Assembly (NCBI RefSeq): GCF_001194135.2
Contig: NC_068990.1
Coordinates: 25,263,703-25,327,702, forward strand
Source of the DNA: Octopus bimaculoides
Taxonomy: Eukaryota
Reading direction: 5' to 3'
Length of the DNA stretch: 64,000 bases
Below, one piece after another: positions 28,108-42,240 of the stretch (its first letter is position 1; every line of letters starts with the position of its first letter). The position numbers and the translations under genes were made by a program. Under the pieces are notes generated by a model. That model ran no database searches and was not told the DNA's origin. It saw nothing but the letters and a program-made list of their open reading frames with translations.

Positions 28108-28528
28108 ATCACTCACACAAGATCAAAACCAACTTAGACATAAACCAACAAAGGAATCTGTAGGTAGTTTCTTGAATTGCTAAAAATAACAACCTAATTC
28201 CCCTCAAACGACACACATACTAAACGACAGGGAATAATACGTCCTAGATAAAGTATGAATTAAAATAAAAAGAGTAGGGCAGGGTAGTCACAGTTAAAAT
28301 GCTCTGTTTATAGATTTACCCCCAGCTAGGTTGACATAGGACCAAACAACAGCATATCACAATCTAGAGTTACAAATGATTTCACTTAATTCCTCCAGGG
28401 ACCTTATTATATAAAAAATTAATTGAAATACTTTGGCAGTCTACAACTCATTAGAAATGCAGTTACAAAAGCAGATTAAATCATTCAGGCTGAATGCTTG
28501 TGTATCTCTACAACAATTCAGCAAAACA

Positions 28529-28565
<37 letters not shown>

Positions 28566-28974
28566 TTGCCAAACAGGCCTCTTTAAATTTTAATAACATT
28601 AAACACGAATAAGCAATAACATTAGTTAATAATAATGATAATAATAAATAAGGTGTGCCAATGGTAAGCTGCAGTAACGAGGACTATCCAAATGAAAGAC
28701 ATGCAGACATACACACCCTGAGGATAGTTATTTTATAATTAATGTAATTATTAAACTCGTTGCAACAGAGTATTTATCATCTCTCACAAAAACTAATAGA
28801 GAAAAAGCTAAACTCTCTACATATGTTATTAAGCATAATAATGGTTTTAAATTTTGGCACAGGGCTAGCAGTTTTTGAGGGGAGGGGGAAATCCTGACAC
28901 TGACTCCAGTACTTAACTGTTACTTATGTTATTAGCCCCAAAAGGATGAAAGGCAAAGATGACTGTGCTGCTAT

Positions 28975-29580
28975 GGTCATGTGATGTGTATGGATGAGGA
29001 CAGCTGTGTAAAGAAGTACTGATGTCTGTGAAGAGAACCTGTGGTAGAAGTAGACCCAGAAAGATATGGGACAAGGTAGTGAAGCACAATCTTCAAACTT
29101 TGAGCCTCACAAAGGCAATAACTGGTGACCAAAACCTTTGGCAATGTGCTGAGCTTGAGAGGACCCGTCAAGCCAATTGCACCTGTGCTGGTGGCATGTA
29201 CAGAACACCTTTCAAGTGTTGGTCCTCACAGGGGCAAAGTTCCTTTCGAGTGTTGGGCCTCATGGAGGCAATGACCAAGACCTTTGGCATTATGTTGTGC
29301 TTGAGAAGAAGACCCATCAAGCCAAGCAAAATCGCAGTCATGGCAGATACCGGTGTCATGCAAATTGGCACCTGTGCTGGTGGCATGTAAACACACCTGC
29401 TGTCATGCTGGTGGCACATAAAAGTACCCATTACACTCTTGGAGTGGTTGGTGTTAGGAAGTGCATTCAGCCCTAAAAAACCATGTCAAATCAGACTGGA
29501 GTCTGGTGCAGCCTTCCAGCATGGTCAAACCGTCCAACCCATGCTAGAATGGACAATGGACGTTAAACGGTGATGATGAT
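28975..29580 (+). mobile_element. RTE LINE 3' end plus 3' UTR with internal tandem duplication and gatgat tail
   Basis: Same family as 11550-12205 (GHV..MDEDSC...GRSRPRKIW). Confidence 0.85.
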
Positions 29581-31663
29581 TTCATTTCTGATTTATGCCA
29601 TGCTGTGTATAAATTACACATTTCTGTGCATGTGCATTTACACACACACACCTCTGTGGTTAAGAAGCCTACAATTCTCTGGTTTGGTTGCAGTCCTTCA
29701 GCAAGTGCCTTCTTTCCATCATCATATCTTGTCAGCCAAAGCCTAATAAGATCTGGACAGACAGGACCTCTGTGGAAACCCTTCAAAAGTGTATATATGC
29801 AAGTGTATGCATGTACATGTGGGTGCATACACACACATGTGCATTTGATATGTGGGCTGCATTTACTTAAGGGACTTGAAGCTCACAATTTACTGACAGA
29901 GAACTTCCTTGGTTTATTCAGCTGTGTCCAAGTTTTTTTTTGGGGGGGGGGCGAAGGGGGCATGTTATTCTACATTAGTTCACCCAGCTACTGTAACTAG
30001 GTCCTATACTATTAGAGACAATGTTATCTGTGATATAAATGGAAGAAGATTGCCAGAAACAGTAGCAGATTCACTTTGCAATATTTCTGTATGTTCCAAG
30101 TTCAAATATTGCCAGAGTGGACTACCTTTTACTATTCCATGATTTCTAAAATAAGCACCAGTAACAAACTGGTATTTATCCCATTAACTGTATCTGTTCC
30201 CCAAATTTTGTAGGCTAGTAACATATTTAAAAATCAGTATTAACTTTCATACAGACTGATATCCTAGGAGCCAATGGGAGAACATGGCCCGTGAAAAATG
30301 GAAAAAGACATTGAATACTGTAATCCTAGATACACTATGTCTGGAAAGAAAGAAAAAAATTAGGATGGTTTCAGCTGAAATACACTTGATCCTGGATTAG
30401 TGGAACAAAAATGACAAGGGTCAGCAAACAACAACTAGCAGCCAATTCATTCAGGATATTTCACATTCACTTCACAGTACTTTCATGGTGTCAAGTGTAA
30501 GTTCCGGTTGTTAAAAGCCTCTTATCACATAGGAAATATGTTTTTATCTTTCTGACTCTATAGCTTCCTGAACAACATTCACTTTTGCTACTGACTATAG
30601 ATTTTGTGGAAATCAACTGATTCGGAGAAGTTAAACCTTTAATATGCATTGTTTGGGTTTATTAATTTCATAACACCTTTAGATGTATGGAGAAAAAGTA
30701 GGATGAGACTCAGGACAAACAGGCTGACAGTTCATTGATCACTTACTGCATGAGAACAGGTGTAAGCATACTAGACCTGAAAGACAACACAAGGTCAAGA
30801 GGAGTGGCAAGAATGACATCATTGTGCAGACCTGGTCGACCAGTGCCAATTAGGAAATTGAAATAATGATAGAAGAATATGCCGAATGTGCAGATCATCA
30901 TTATCATTGAATGTTCATTTTTCATTAAGATGAGTTAGATGGTTCAATAGAATCCGATGAGCCAGAAGACTGCATCAAGCTCTGATGTCTACTTTGGTAT
31001 AGTTTCTATGGTTGGATACCCTTTCTAATACCAACCACTTTACAGAGTGTACTGGATGCTATTTTTCGTAGAACTGGTACTAGTAAGGTCTCAAAGTAAT
31101 ATACAAGAAAAAAAACCCATCAACTGAGTGGGTTTAGAGTAGAGAGGGAGGTGGCTTTATCCTAGATGTTGAGGAGGCACATGTGGTAACTGTAGAGGGG
31201 AAAATATATATAAGGATAGGAGTAACTGGAAAGACAAAGATGGTGGTGACAAGGTGTCAGCATGTACCCTCAAGGTACAAGAAAGTGCATATAAGACAAT
31301 AGGGGTACAGAATCAAGAAGGATGGTGGGTACAGATATAAATTTTTTTTTTAAATCAAGCTCAGTATTTTATTCAATATTACTGTTCTAACAACTAATCA
31401 GAAAAATAGAGAGTATAAAAGGATATTTCTAAGCTTTGTTGTAACAACCAGCATCGTGTTTCTGGCAGTATGATAAAATGCACCATTCCTTATTGTAAGG
31501 TGGTTGATGATAGGAAGAGTATCCAAAATACAAGACATACACAGCAACAAAGTGGGACATTTTCCAAGTTGTATGCATCAGCTGATAAAGGAATGATATA
31601 AATGCAGAGCTACTGTGAGATCTGCCTGACCCCTGTCAGCATGGAAATATGAACATGTGTGTG

Positions 31664-31666
<3 letters not shown>

Positions 31667-31711
<45 letters not shown>

Positions 31712-31774
31712 NNNNNNNNNNNNNNNNNNNNNNNNNNNNNNNNNNNNNNNNNNNNNNNNNNNNNNNNNNNNNNN

Positions 31775-31836
<62 letters not shown>
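31667..31836. repeat. (AG)n microsatellite with assembly gap 31712-31774
   Basis: Read directly. Confidence 0.99.
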
Positions 31837-31837
<1 letters not shown>

Positions 31838-34800
31838 AGAATCCATGATCAAGGAAACTGAAATATGTAGAAGATTCCATACAAATTATGTAGATAACTG
31901 AAAAGTGAATAGTTCTATTTTATAGATTTGTTTCTGCAGAGAACTGATGCTTTCATTAATTCAAACAGTTGAAATTGGGCAAAATTTCAAATTTCTAAAA
32001 CATCCACGGTCAATGAAAATTGATGAATTGTTTACATCTATACATAGCATATAAAATATATATACTCACACACAATCACACAAACAATAACTAGATAATA
32101 GATTACAAAAAATTATTGACAAGTTTCTGATGAACTAATTGAATTAATGAAAGCATAGATTCTTTGCTAAAACAATAAGTCTGTAAAATATAACTGAGTT
32201 GAGTAAAAAAGAATATTTGAAATTTCCAACAGGACCAGGTCGATTAAAAATGGTGAATTCCCACACATTAAAATAAGTTGGAAATTTAATAGATGTAAAA
32301 GAATCTCCTAATCTATATACAGGAATGTTCTGGTAGATTGGGAGTGAATAATTCCAAAGAAATTTTACACTTTCTAACTGGGATAAAAAAAATGGGCAAA
32401 ATTTCAAAATTTATAGCATGTTTTTGGGGTCAGTGAAAATAGAAAATTTCCAACAAGATATAGACACACAGATAATAACAGTACAATAAATTATAGAAAA
32501 ATATTGATGATTATTTTAACAAAGTAACTTATAAGGGAGTGATTAGGGTACTAGAACAGTGTCTGAAGGGTGGATTGTTCAATCTTATATCACTATAAGC
32601 TGTACTGTGCGGCAAACACAGTTACCAATGGGTGCCACTGAGGAAATATAGATTACTGCTGTAAACAATAGAAGCAATGTATATCTGTTTAACTGAAGAT
32701 TCTTATTAGAATGCAACATCAAGCTCAATTCTTGTCTTTGATAAACCTACTCACAATTCAAACCTCTTAGCAGTTGGTTAGCCTGCTAGAAATAGCAATC
32801 AAATCCCCAAGTTTTACTTTACTGTCTAAAAGAACTGAAAGACTTTCGATAATGTAGTCAGACTATCTGACTTAAAGACAAGATGGTCATAACTGGAACA
32901 TGGCTGGTTAAACAACAATATGCGATATAGACCTTTATCCAATTTAACTTAGCCCTTTTATTAGAACTATACTGCCTTACTTTCAATCAATTTTGAAAAT
33001 TATGAAAAATTATTAATATGATGTTTGGAACTCATAAATTAGCAAGAAATTTTGTTGGGAGATTTTAATTTAGATCACTTCAAACAAAGTTTATATCACA
33101 GAACAAAGGGAGTTGCTATCAGAAGGGAACAACAGTGTTTAATTGATTAAAGATGAAAAAAGAAAATAATCTTGAGCACACCACATCACCTTTTTGTAAA
33201 ATATGAAATGCAAATGCTAAGAAAAAGATGATAAGAGCAAACAAAGTCATTCACCCTTACAAGACCTGGAAACCATTCTGATATTTTAATGATTGATTTA
33301 CCATCTATTATTACATGAAGCTTACAAATTCTATAAATATTCAATAATTTCATATTCATATTATCATATTGTAATTCAATATCAAAACATGAACATAAAA
33401 TTTGGAAAACAAAAGCAAAAACATGAACCAACATTAGTCAATGAAAGAACAGCAATTGTCTGATTGATAAAGGGAAGATTGTCTGATAAGAAATATTTAT
33501 TTCCTTTTTAAATGATTCTGTGTAATTATTCCTCTTGCTTAGACATAATGTCCTGTTTTTAACCCGTTAGAGGACGATCAGGTCAATCTGCTGGCCAGAT
33601 ATATTTGTGATAGAAAGAGGAAACTCTGGAATATATGTAATGTTCTCAGTCTATTAACACACACGCATATACTCACAGACTCCATTTATGTTGCATCCCT
33701 TTTCAATGCTAGCATGGGTTAGATAAATACATTGAGGCATTGTTCTGCAGCTGGATACCCTTCCTGCTGTAGACCCTTAATTGCTTCTCAAGGGATCTTT
33801 TATTTCGTGTGTCTTCGAAGGTGCAAAGCAAATAGAGCATTTGCTGGCAAAAGTGAAGTGATGACAAGACCATCACTCCTCACTTATGATTTTCATACAG
33901 TACAAATGGAAACAAAAAACACAGATTCATATATACATGTGTAAACACACATATTGTATGATGTGCTTCTTTCAGTTTCCATTTAGCAAATTTATTCCCA
34001 AGACATTATTGACCCAAGACCATACAGGACATTTGCGAAGGTACCACATAATAGAAATGAACATGAAACCATGTGATTGGGATGCTAACTTCTTAACCAC
34101 ACAGCCATGCCTGTCCATGCGCGTGCATGTGTTTGCATGCATATGGCATTAGGAATGGCATCCAACTGTAGAAACATGCCAAAGCAGACAGCAGGGCTTG
34201 GTACACTCTTCTAACTTGCCTGTTCCTGTCAGTCAACCTACGCCAGCATGGAGAACAAATATTAAATGATGATTTTTTTTTATACATATTACACGCACAC
34301 ACAGGGTCTACAAGTATGGCCGACTGGTTAAGAAGTTTGCTTCAGAACCTTACAGTCCAGGGATCACTATACAGCAGGTTTGGCAAGTGTCTTTACCATA
34401 ATTTCGGGTCAATCCAACCCTTGCAAGTGAAGCTCAGAAGATAGCACGTGTAGAAGCTTGTCTGATGAACTATTCCTGTAACTCATAGGGGTAACCTTGA
34501 TATGCTAATTCTACCTGAGAATTACTTTAACTCTTACTCTCATGTATAGTTCTCTGTTTCAACTCTTTGTTCATAAAAGGATTTGGCAAAAGAGACTAAA
34601 AATGGCTAGGTTTAGAATGTAATAACTTTTATGAAGCCTTCTGTGTGCATACATGACCTTGAAATGTTACGGGTCATATCCTGGGCAACCCATTTGTGTT
34701 CCTAGTGATAAGGCAGGTTTTCAAACGGTTCATGAAAGTGTCTACCGTGGATTGGAGAGGTTTATGATGTTAAGAGTTAAAGAGTACATGTGTCTGTGGA

Positions 34801-34864
34801 ATACTTAGGCATTCTGGTCATTAATGAGTTGATCATTCAGTTGTTCAATAATGGATGTATAGCT

Positions 34865-35195
34865 CTTACTTGTTTCAACCATTAGACTGCAGCCCATGCT
34901 GGGGCACCACCTTGAGAAATTTTAGTCAAATGTACCAACCCCAGGACTTATTTTTAAAGCCTGGTACTTATTCTATCAGTATCTTTTGCTGAACTGCTAG
35001 ATTACAGGGGATGTAAACACACTAAGACTGGCTGTCAAGCAGTGATGGGGACAAACATGTATACATACATGACAGGCTTCTTTCAGTTTCTGGCTACAAA
35101 ATCCACTCAAAATGCTTTGGTTGGCCCAGGGCTATAGCAGAAAACATGCCCAAGGTGCCACACAGTGGGACTGAGCTTGGCACCATGTGGTTCCG
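34865..35195 (-). mobile_element. Older SINE family A copy with CpG decay
   Basis: Same block order as 47900-48299, with many CG to TG/CA changes. Confidence 0.8.
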
Positions 35196-38100
35196 AAGCA
35201 ATAAAAACACCCAGTCCACTCTTGTAAAATGGTTGGCATTAGGAAGGGCACCCAGCCATAGAAACCATGTCAAAGCAGACATCGGAGATCAATGCAGTCT
35301 TCTGGCTTGTTGGATCTTGTCAAATCTTCCAACTCATGTCAGCATGGGATACGGATGTCAAATAATTATAATTTGTGTTTTAAAAATGGATTAGTCCTCT
35401 ACAATGTACACAACTTTGTACCCTTTTATGAACCAAACCGTACCAAGTTAAATCATTGTTCCAAATTTAGTATTTTGCTCGTCTTTATTTTGTCACAAAT
35501 TCACTCCTTTCTCCAATAATGATAAACAAGTTAGCACACATGACTTGACATCAACATCAGAAACAAGGCACAAGCAAGATACAAAACTTAGGATATTATT
35601 ACAAAACCTTCACTCATTTCAGAATTACAAATACAAGCAAATTCAAAACACAGCTTTGGAAGCAGAAATGTAAATATTCGTTAATAAATTATTTTCCCCT
35701 GTCTCTGTATTTATAACTACTCTAGATTTCAGAGAGTAAATCAGTAACTTAGAAATAATGCAGCCAATATACCCTATACTTCAAGTGATTTCAAAAACAT
35801 CAAACACAGCTGGAGTGCAATGAAGGACCTAATTCTCAGAAAAAACTGACTTTTCTCAGAATGAAGACCTTCACTATTACCTGTAAGCTAAAGGAACCAT
35901 TGTAGTCACACAATCTGCTAAAAATAGCAGCCACATCTCTCAAATTACATACTTAAAAAATGCAAAGGGGACATTGGTTGATATAGTCCAAGTGTGAATA
36001 AAAACATGGTCAGAATGCTGTGACCAACATGGTTAACCTGGGGCTGAACAAACTGAACAACAGCTTTTATGTCAGTGACACAACTATCACACGATGTCAA
36101 GAAGGCACAGATATACATACACATATAAACATATATATGTATAAATGCAGGATTCCTTAGTCAAGTGTCTTTTACTCCTGTCCTGGACAAACCAAATCTT
36201 TGTGAGTGGATTTGGTAGGCAGAAACTGAAAGAAGCTCATTATGTGTGCATCATTATCATATATATATATATATATATTTTTCCCCTGACCCCCTCACCC
36301 AGTTCAGTCCTTTATATCACTACCTATATTCACCCCCACCACTGTACCTTGAGGGTATGTTCTGATGTATATTTACCACCATCTCTCCCACACTATCTTT
36401 CTCTTTGAATCTCTTTCTCTCCCTTCTTTAACTGGGATATCTCTTCTACAGCAAGATACCTATCTCTATCTATTATTCTTTTAACCTCTCATCAACTGGT
36501 GCAAAGCCATCCCCTTCAATACTACTCCCCCAGTCAAGGGGACTTTATCTTGTTATACAAGTTACTTGGTGACCCCCACCAGTGCCATGAAAAAAAGTAC
36601 CCACTCTGTAAAGTGGTTGGTGTTAAGAAGGGCACCCAGCCATAGAAACCATGCCAAAACAGACAATAGTGCTTGGCACAGCTCTCCAGCTCTTGTCAAA
36701 CCATCCAACCCATGCCCACATGGGGAATAGATGTTAAATGATGATGATATATGGGGGACTGGACCCATGTGTTGATGTAAATGAGCATCTCCATCATACA
36801 AGTGAGGTTGTTCATTTTCAGTCTCTTGTGAAAAACAAATCTGTCCATGGGAAAGTATTACCTTGCTTGGAAACATGCGAGGGTTGGCAACAGAAAAGGC
36901 ATCCAGCCATAGAAAATCTGCGTTAATGAACTCCGTCTCACCCATGGAGTATTGAAAGTCAAAGTGATAATGATGATGATTATCATCATTGTTGTTCGCA
37001 GTATCATGTCAACCAAATACAAAGATTCTGGAAGCTCTTGCATCATAATGCTGGCGTTACTATTGATTAGTTAATCAAGGCAGTGAGCTGGCAGAATTGT
37101 TAGCAAGCCAGCCAAAATGCCTGGCAGCATTTCATCCATCTTTACATTCAGAGTTCAAATTCCACCAAGGTCAACTTTACCTTTCATACTTTCAGGGCCA
37201 ATAAAATTCAAATAGCAGTTGAGCATTGCGAGAGATGGGGGGAGGGGGTGGCAATGTAATGGACTTACCCCACCTCCAAAATTGCTGGCCTTATGCCAAA
37301 ATTTGAAACCAATATTCATTAGCTAATCATCTGAAAAACTCCACTAAACAGCTGTTTGGTATCACAAGTTTATAAGCATTTCTTTTTTCTTCTGTCTTTT
37401 TTTTTTTTTTTTTTAANNNNNNNNNNNNNNNNTTTTTTTTTTTTTTTTTTTTTTAATAAAACTGTTTTGAGGTCTGACATTGCGTGTGAGATGTCAACTT
37501 TTTAACCCATACAAAATGGAATATTTAGATTAAAATGAAAAAAATCACATGGCAATAAATAAGTGTCAATGTCAATTTATTGTCCAAATTACTAATAACA
37601 GAATGTGAACAAGATAAAGAATAAGGTAGGAATGGTAGAAATTCATGCAATATTTGCCACCCTATAAACAGTTGAATGTTACATTGATGGCTGAAATACA
37701 ATGATGACTAAATACATTTCATTCAGTCATCATTGTTTATGTATGTTTGCATGGATCAGGTGGAATTTGTTGAATTAAGACTTTCTATGACTGGATGCCC
37801 TGCTTGTCACCAACCTTCATTTGTTTCCAGGCAAAGTAATACATCTAGTTCTTTGAACAAGAACAGCATAATGGCCAAATACATTTTTGTAGAAGATTGC
37901 AAATATATGACATCACTTGTATGACGTTATTGATAACTATTGCATGATGTCAATACAAAGAGCTGCAAACACACACATATCTACACACACACACATGTAT
38001 ATACATACATATGTGGCAGGCTTCTTTCAGTTTATATTTAGCAAATGCACTCATAAGACCCTGGTCAACCTGAGGCTATAGAAAAAGACACTTGCATAAA

Positions 38101-38904
38101 GAGCCATGCAGTGGGTTTGAACCTAAAACTATGTGGCCGGGAAATGAAACTTTAACCACATAGCCATGCCTCTATACACACACACACATACATAATATAT
38201 ATATATTTCATTTATTCTATCACAATTACATTTCCCCACACACCAACGAGAGCCTCTTCAGCATAACTACAGTTTGATACCCCGCTTCTGCCTAGGTTCC
38301 TGCATAGCTTTCTAAAAAAAATAAATCAATATTAAACATTTTTAAATGAAATTTTTGCAGACACATTTTCGATGGCATAGATTACGATTGTGCTGATAAT
38401 ATTTAAAAAGTGGGGAGGGAGAGAATTCCGTATCATTCTGACCCCTCCCAAATTAGTTTCATTATAACTCTCTTTAAAATGTATCTTTTAAAATGACATT
38501 TGACTGAAATTCATTTTCAAGAGTCGATACTATGTAAAGATGTTTCAGTCATATAAATCAGGAAAAAAAGTTTAAAATGCTAAGATTACGGAAATTGAAA
38601 GTAAAAAAAATCCGAACGGTGAAGAATAACCCAAAAGTAATCCACTTGCAAAATGTTCTATCTTTTCTAAAATAAATCTCTGCAAAATTTCATTAACAAC
38701 TATGTATTTTCCAGACAGTTATGAGGAAACAAGTTCCGGGGCATCAAACTGCAGTTACGTCAGCCTCTCATATGATTTCTGTCTATCGTTCGTTTATCAT
38801 GTGTTGAAGAGGAACAAGAAAATCTTTCTGCGTCACACCCATGCAACACATTATCTGTCAAGTGATAGACGTGTAGAATATATAACATACGGGAAAACTT
38901 GTGA

Positions 38905-39391
38905 GGCGCAACTACAGATTAGGGCCCTACCGAGTTTATTTGTCTATAACTGTCTGTGAAATGCATATTTTTTCGTGAAACTTTACAGTTACGGTTTCGA
39001 GAATGTAGATTGCAATGTTAATAAAATTTAATAAAACAAAAATTTGGAAGGAATATTTTCAGGCTATTTTCCACCCGGCCCGAAATTACAAATTTCAGCA
39101 TTTTTCACTTTTTTTTTTCAGATCATCGTTACATAATCGACACGTATTTATATAAAATGTCATTTAAAGATATGCATTTTAAAGAGAATTACGAGGAAAG
39201 AAAATTGGAAGGAGACGAGAACGATCCGAAATTCCTTAAAAAAGAGAAAAAAGTCTATTTTCTTTAGATATCAGCAAATTTTTTACACCCTCAAAAATGT
39301 GTCATTGAAAAATTTCTTCAAAAAAACATGCATTGTTTCCAGAAAGCTGCGCGGAGACAAAGTTGCCGGGGCGCTAATCTGCAGTTATGCC
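38905..39391. mobile_element. Old MITE of the same subrepeat family
   Basis: Termini ggcgcaactacagattagggccc and ggggcgctaatctgcagttatgcc are imperfect inverted repeats, and the internal motif is shared with 57586-58519. Confidence 0.6.
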
Positions 39392-39863
39392 TAATACCAA
39401 TTAAAAATAATGAAGGTAACAAGTGTCTAACAGAAAATCTGTATCAAATAATCCGATGGATTGGATTAACTCTGTTTTATCTAAGAAAAGATAAACCTAA
39501 TGTGGTACTGTAGTAATAACCCCATTTCAGATTTATACGTCAGACCTATGATCAATAATAATGTTGTGGCCATCAAGACTACTACTTTATTCGATGTCCT
39601 TTTTTTTTTTCAAGGCGGAGATGTAGCTGCTGTTTTAACAGGTTGAGTGGCCCCCGTTGAGTAGGTGAAAACCTAATTTAGATAGAGGACAGATAAATAT
39701 TAAACTGAAATGAAATCAATGAAGTGTAGGGAAGGATAAGATCAGTATTTTTCATCAGAGAAAAACGTCGCGGAGCGGAGCGGAGTGACACTCGGCAATA
39801 GTGAATGTGAGGGATCGATTTCAATATACATCATCACACATATATTTGTCCGTTTATGTGCAT

Positions 39864-39902
<39 letters not shown>

Positions 39903-40075
39903 TAGACACAGACAATATACGTACATCCATACACACGCACGTATACATAATACAAGGTAATCGCAATACATTTGTTGAACAAATCTGGCTTATTAAATTT
40001 CTCGTTTTGAAGAGAGAGAAACAGCGTAAGAAAGACACTGGGAAGCAAGAAACAGCAACTAGCGTGCATATATAA

Positions 40076-40109
<34 letters not shown>

Positions 40110-41537
40110 NNNNNNNNNNCACACACACACACACACACACATTCATGCTTTCCTCTCCCCCTTTCTATGTATATAAAGAGAGGGGGAGGGAGAAAGAGAC
40201 CTTATACAGCATGATCGGTAATGATGTGCACGAAATCGAAAATGGATTCCAGTCTAAAATGTAATCAATCAGCTGGGCCTGTACGTAAATCGTTAACCTA
40301 TATCAGTGCGCTTGTGTGTATCTTTATATGGCTAGATTTAACTACACACACACACACACATATATACACACACACACACACACGTATGCATTCATGTGTT
40401 GCATCAAGCAGAAAAACAAAACAAACAAAAACTAAATAGCAGTGGAGTGAGTCATCAGATTCGCACAAATTATTTTATTTTACATGAAACACTTTCAGGG
40501 GTTCGAACTCGCTGCGCAGCACCCTGCTCAATTTTTTTTTTAATATCATAGTCTTGGATCGAAGCCATAAGCTTATCGGTGAATTCGGGTAAGACGTGAT
40601 AATTGCGTTGCGTATGCGCATGTATATATGCACGCACACACACACACATATGTGTGTGTGTGTGTGTGTATGTGTGTAGTACATGTATTTTATAATGCAT
40701 AATATTTTATAATATATATTGTGTATCATTCGTAAGTAAAATCAATCTTATATACATATATGTATATATACAATATATATTATGCAGAATAAGTGCGCAA
40801 GCGAGTAGAGAGAAAGGGAGGCAGAGATGGGGTTACATATATCACAAACACTTGTAAAGGTAACGAGACACTTTAGAAGACGTGTCTCTGAAATGGTTTC
40901 GAATCTTAATAGCAGGTATTTGCACTTTACTCCCAACTATGTTCACTCAATTTTACGAATGATACATCGGTGCCCCCACCCTCCACAATCAAACATGAAG
41001 CATGAAGCAGAAACTGGAAAAACAATTGCTGTTAGAACACGTGTGTCCGTGAAATATCTTATCAATGGGTGGTACGTGTCTTTTAGAATGGAGAAAGTGA
41101 TATGGAGAGAAATGGGAGGACATATATACACGCACACGTGTTTAAGTGTCAAATTTATGAGGTAGACAGCATCGATATTTATCACTATGCAAATAATATA
41201 ATTGTTTCTGATTCAGACACAAGGCCGGTAATTTGCAAGGGAAGGAGCTAATCGATATCACGAAGCCCAGTACTTGATTGATACCTTATTCCATCGAACC
41301 GGGAGGGACGAAAGGCAAATTTAACCTGAGCGGGATTTGAATACGCTTTCGATCGTCAAAGAAATGAGGTTTTTGCATGAAGGTGGTTTGGTGGTAGTAT
41401 AATCATTATAGTAAGCTAGTAATTAATTAACAGTACCTAGAAAATAATGATAGTTTGGAATAGCAGAGCAACCAGTCTTAGCTGTAAGAACGGTGAATAG
41501 ACACAACACTTTATTATTTTTTTTTATATATACATAC

Positions 41538-41599
41538 CTTAAGTAAATGTTTATTCACCCATTTGGTGAAAGTCTTTTTCTGTACGGCATCTCTCTCGT
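41538..41599 (-). CDS. shot: Spectraplakin (Shot/dystonin/MACF1/plectin family) common exon, start of the CH1 actin-binding domain: (D)ERDAVQKKTFTKWVNKHLLK
   Basis: The minus strand reads tctttttgtttctatttcag|AC GAG AGA GAT GCC GTA CAG AAA AAG ACT TTC ACC AAA TGG GTG AAT AAA CAT TTA CTT AAG|gtatgt. The exon is 62 nt, phase 1 in and phase 0 out. The peptide matches the DERD(R/A)VQKKTFTKWVNKHL signature of plectin, DST, MACF1 and Shot, with the same phase-1 junction where alternative first exons join. Confidence 0.97.
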
Positions 41600-41799
41600 C
41601 TGAAATAGAAACAAAAAGACAATTAGTAGAGTTTTTTTTTGTTTTTTTTTTTAGTTATTAGATTATCTGAAGGACTTTCTTCAGGGAAGAATGGCAGGTA
41701 TGCAGGTATGACTGTGAGTGTGTGTGTGCAACAAGAGTGTGACTAGAACCTAAAACACTACTTTTACTCTACTTCGATATCGTCAACTATTTTAGTTAC

Positions 41800-41878
41800 C
41801 TGTATCTTTTTTCCGATTTTCTTCATACTGTACCATCACATCAGGCATTTCAGGGTCCATATAACCAGGCGTATCCAT
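41800..41878 (-). CDS. shot: Spectraplakin second alternative N-terminal exon, short type: MDTPGYMDPEMPDVMVQYEENRKKDT
   Basis: The start context tcaaaATGG is strong and has an in-frame TAA upstream. The 79 nt end GAT ACA G|gtaact (phase 1), and a 200-nt intron leads to the CH1 acceptor. There is loose resemblance to the dystonin-a1 leader (GYLSP...QAYEDVLERYKDERD, recalled). Confidence 0.8.
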
Positions 41879-42240
41879 TTTGACAACAAAACAGGCTGCT
41901 TAAGAAGGTAAATCCGAGTAAAGGGTATAATCCTACGACAGAAATATTTGGACCTTCGGCTACACTGGGCACACCCTATTGATGGCCACATACACCGAAA
42001 ACATCCATTTCCATTACCAGATGCAAACGGGTGCAGATTGACTAGATCAAAAGGTTTAGATACCAGAAGTTACTACCCAACCTCTACCCGCTTGGTTATT
42101 AAATTTGGATTCAGTGGATACATTGCATACTAGGGGCCTAAACCATGGCTCAGAATGTAGTTTTTTTCGGGAAGGTGGCTATGACAATAGAGATCGAAGG
42201 TGTCAGTTCGTAGAAACTTGTCGAGGTAAAGAAAATCCCT
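41879..42240 (-). other. Putative 5' UTR portion of the short-N-terminus exon
   Basis: A very strong acceptor, ttgttttctcttttttctcatttcaag|AGGG, lies at 42240, and the sequence is continuous to the ATG at 41878. It contains several upstream ATGs. Confidence 0.55.

Noticed and set aside
39545-39575. Minus-strand L-DGHN-III, resembling the CH1 motif LRDGHNLISLLEVL
   Set aside because: An in-frame stop lies just upstream, the flanking residues do not match, and there are no splice sites.
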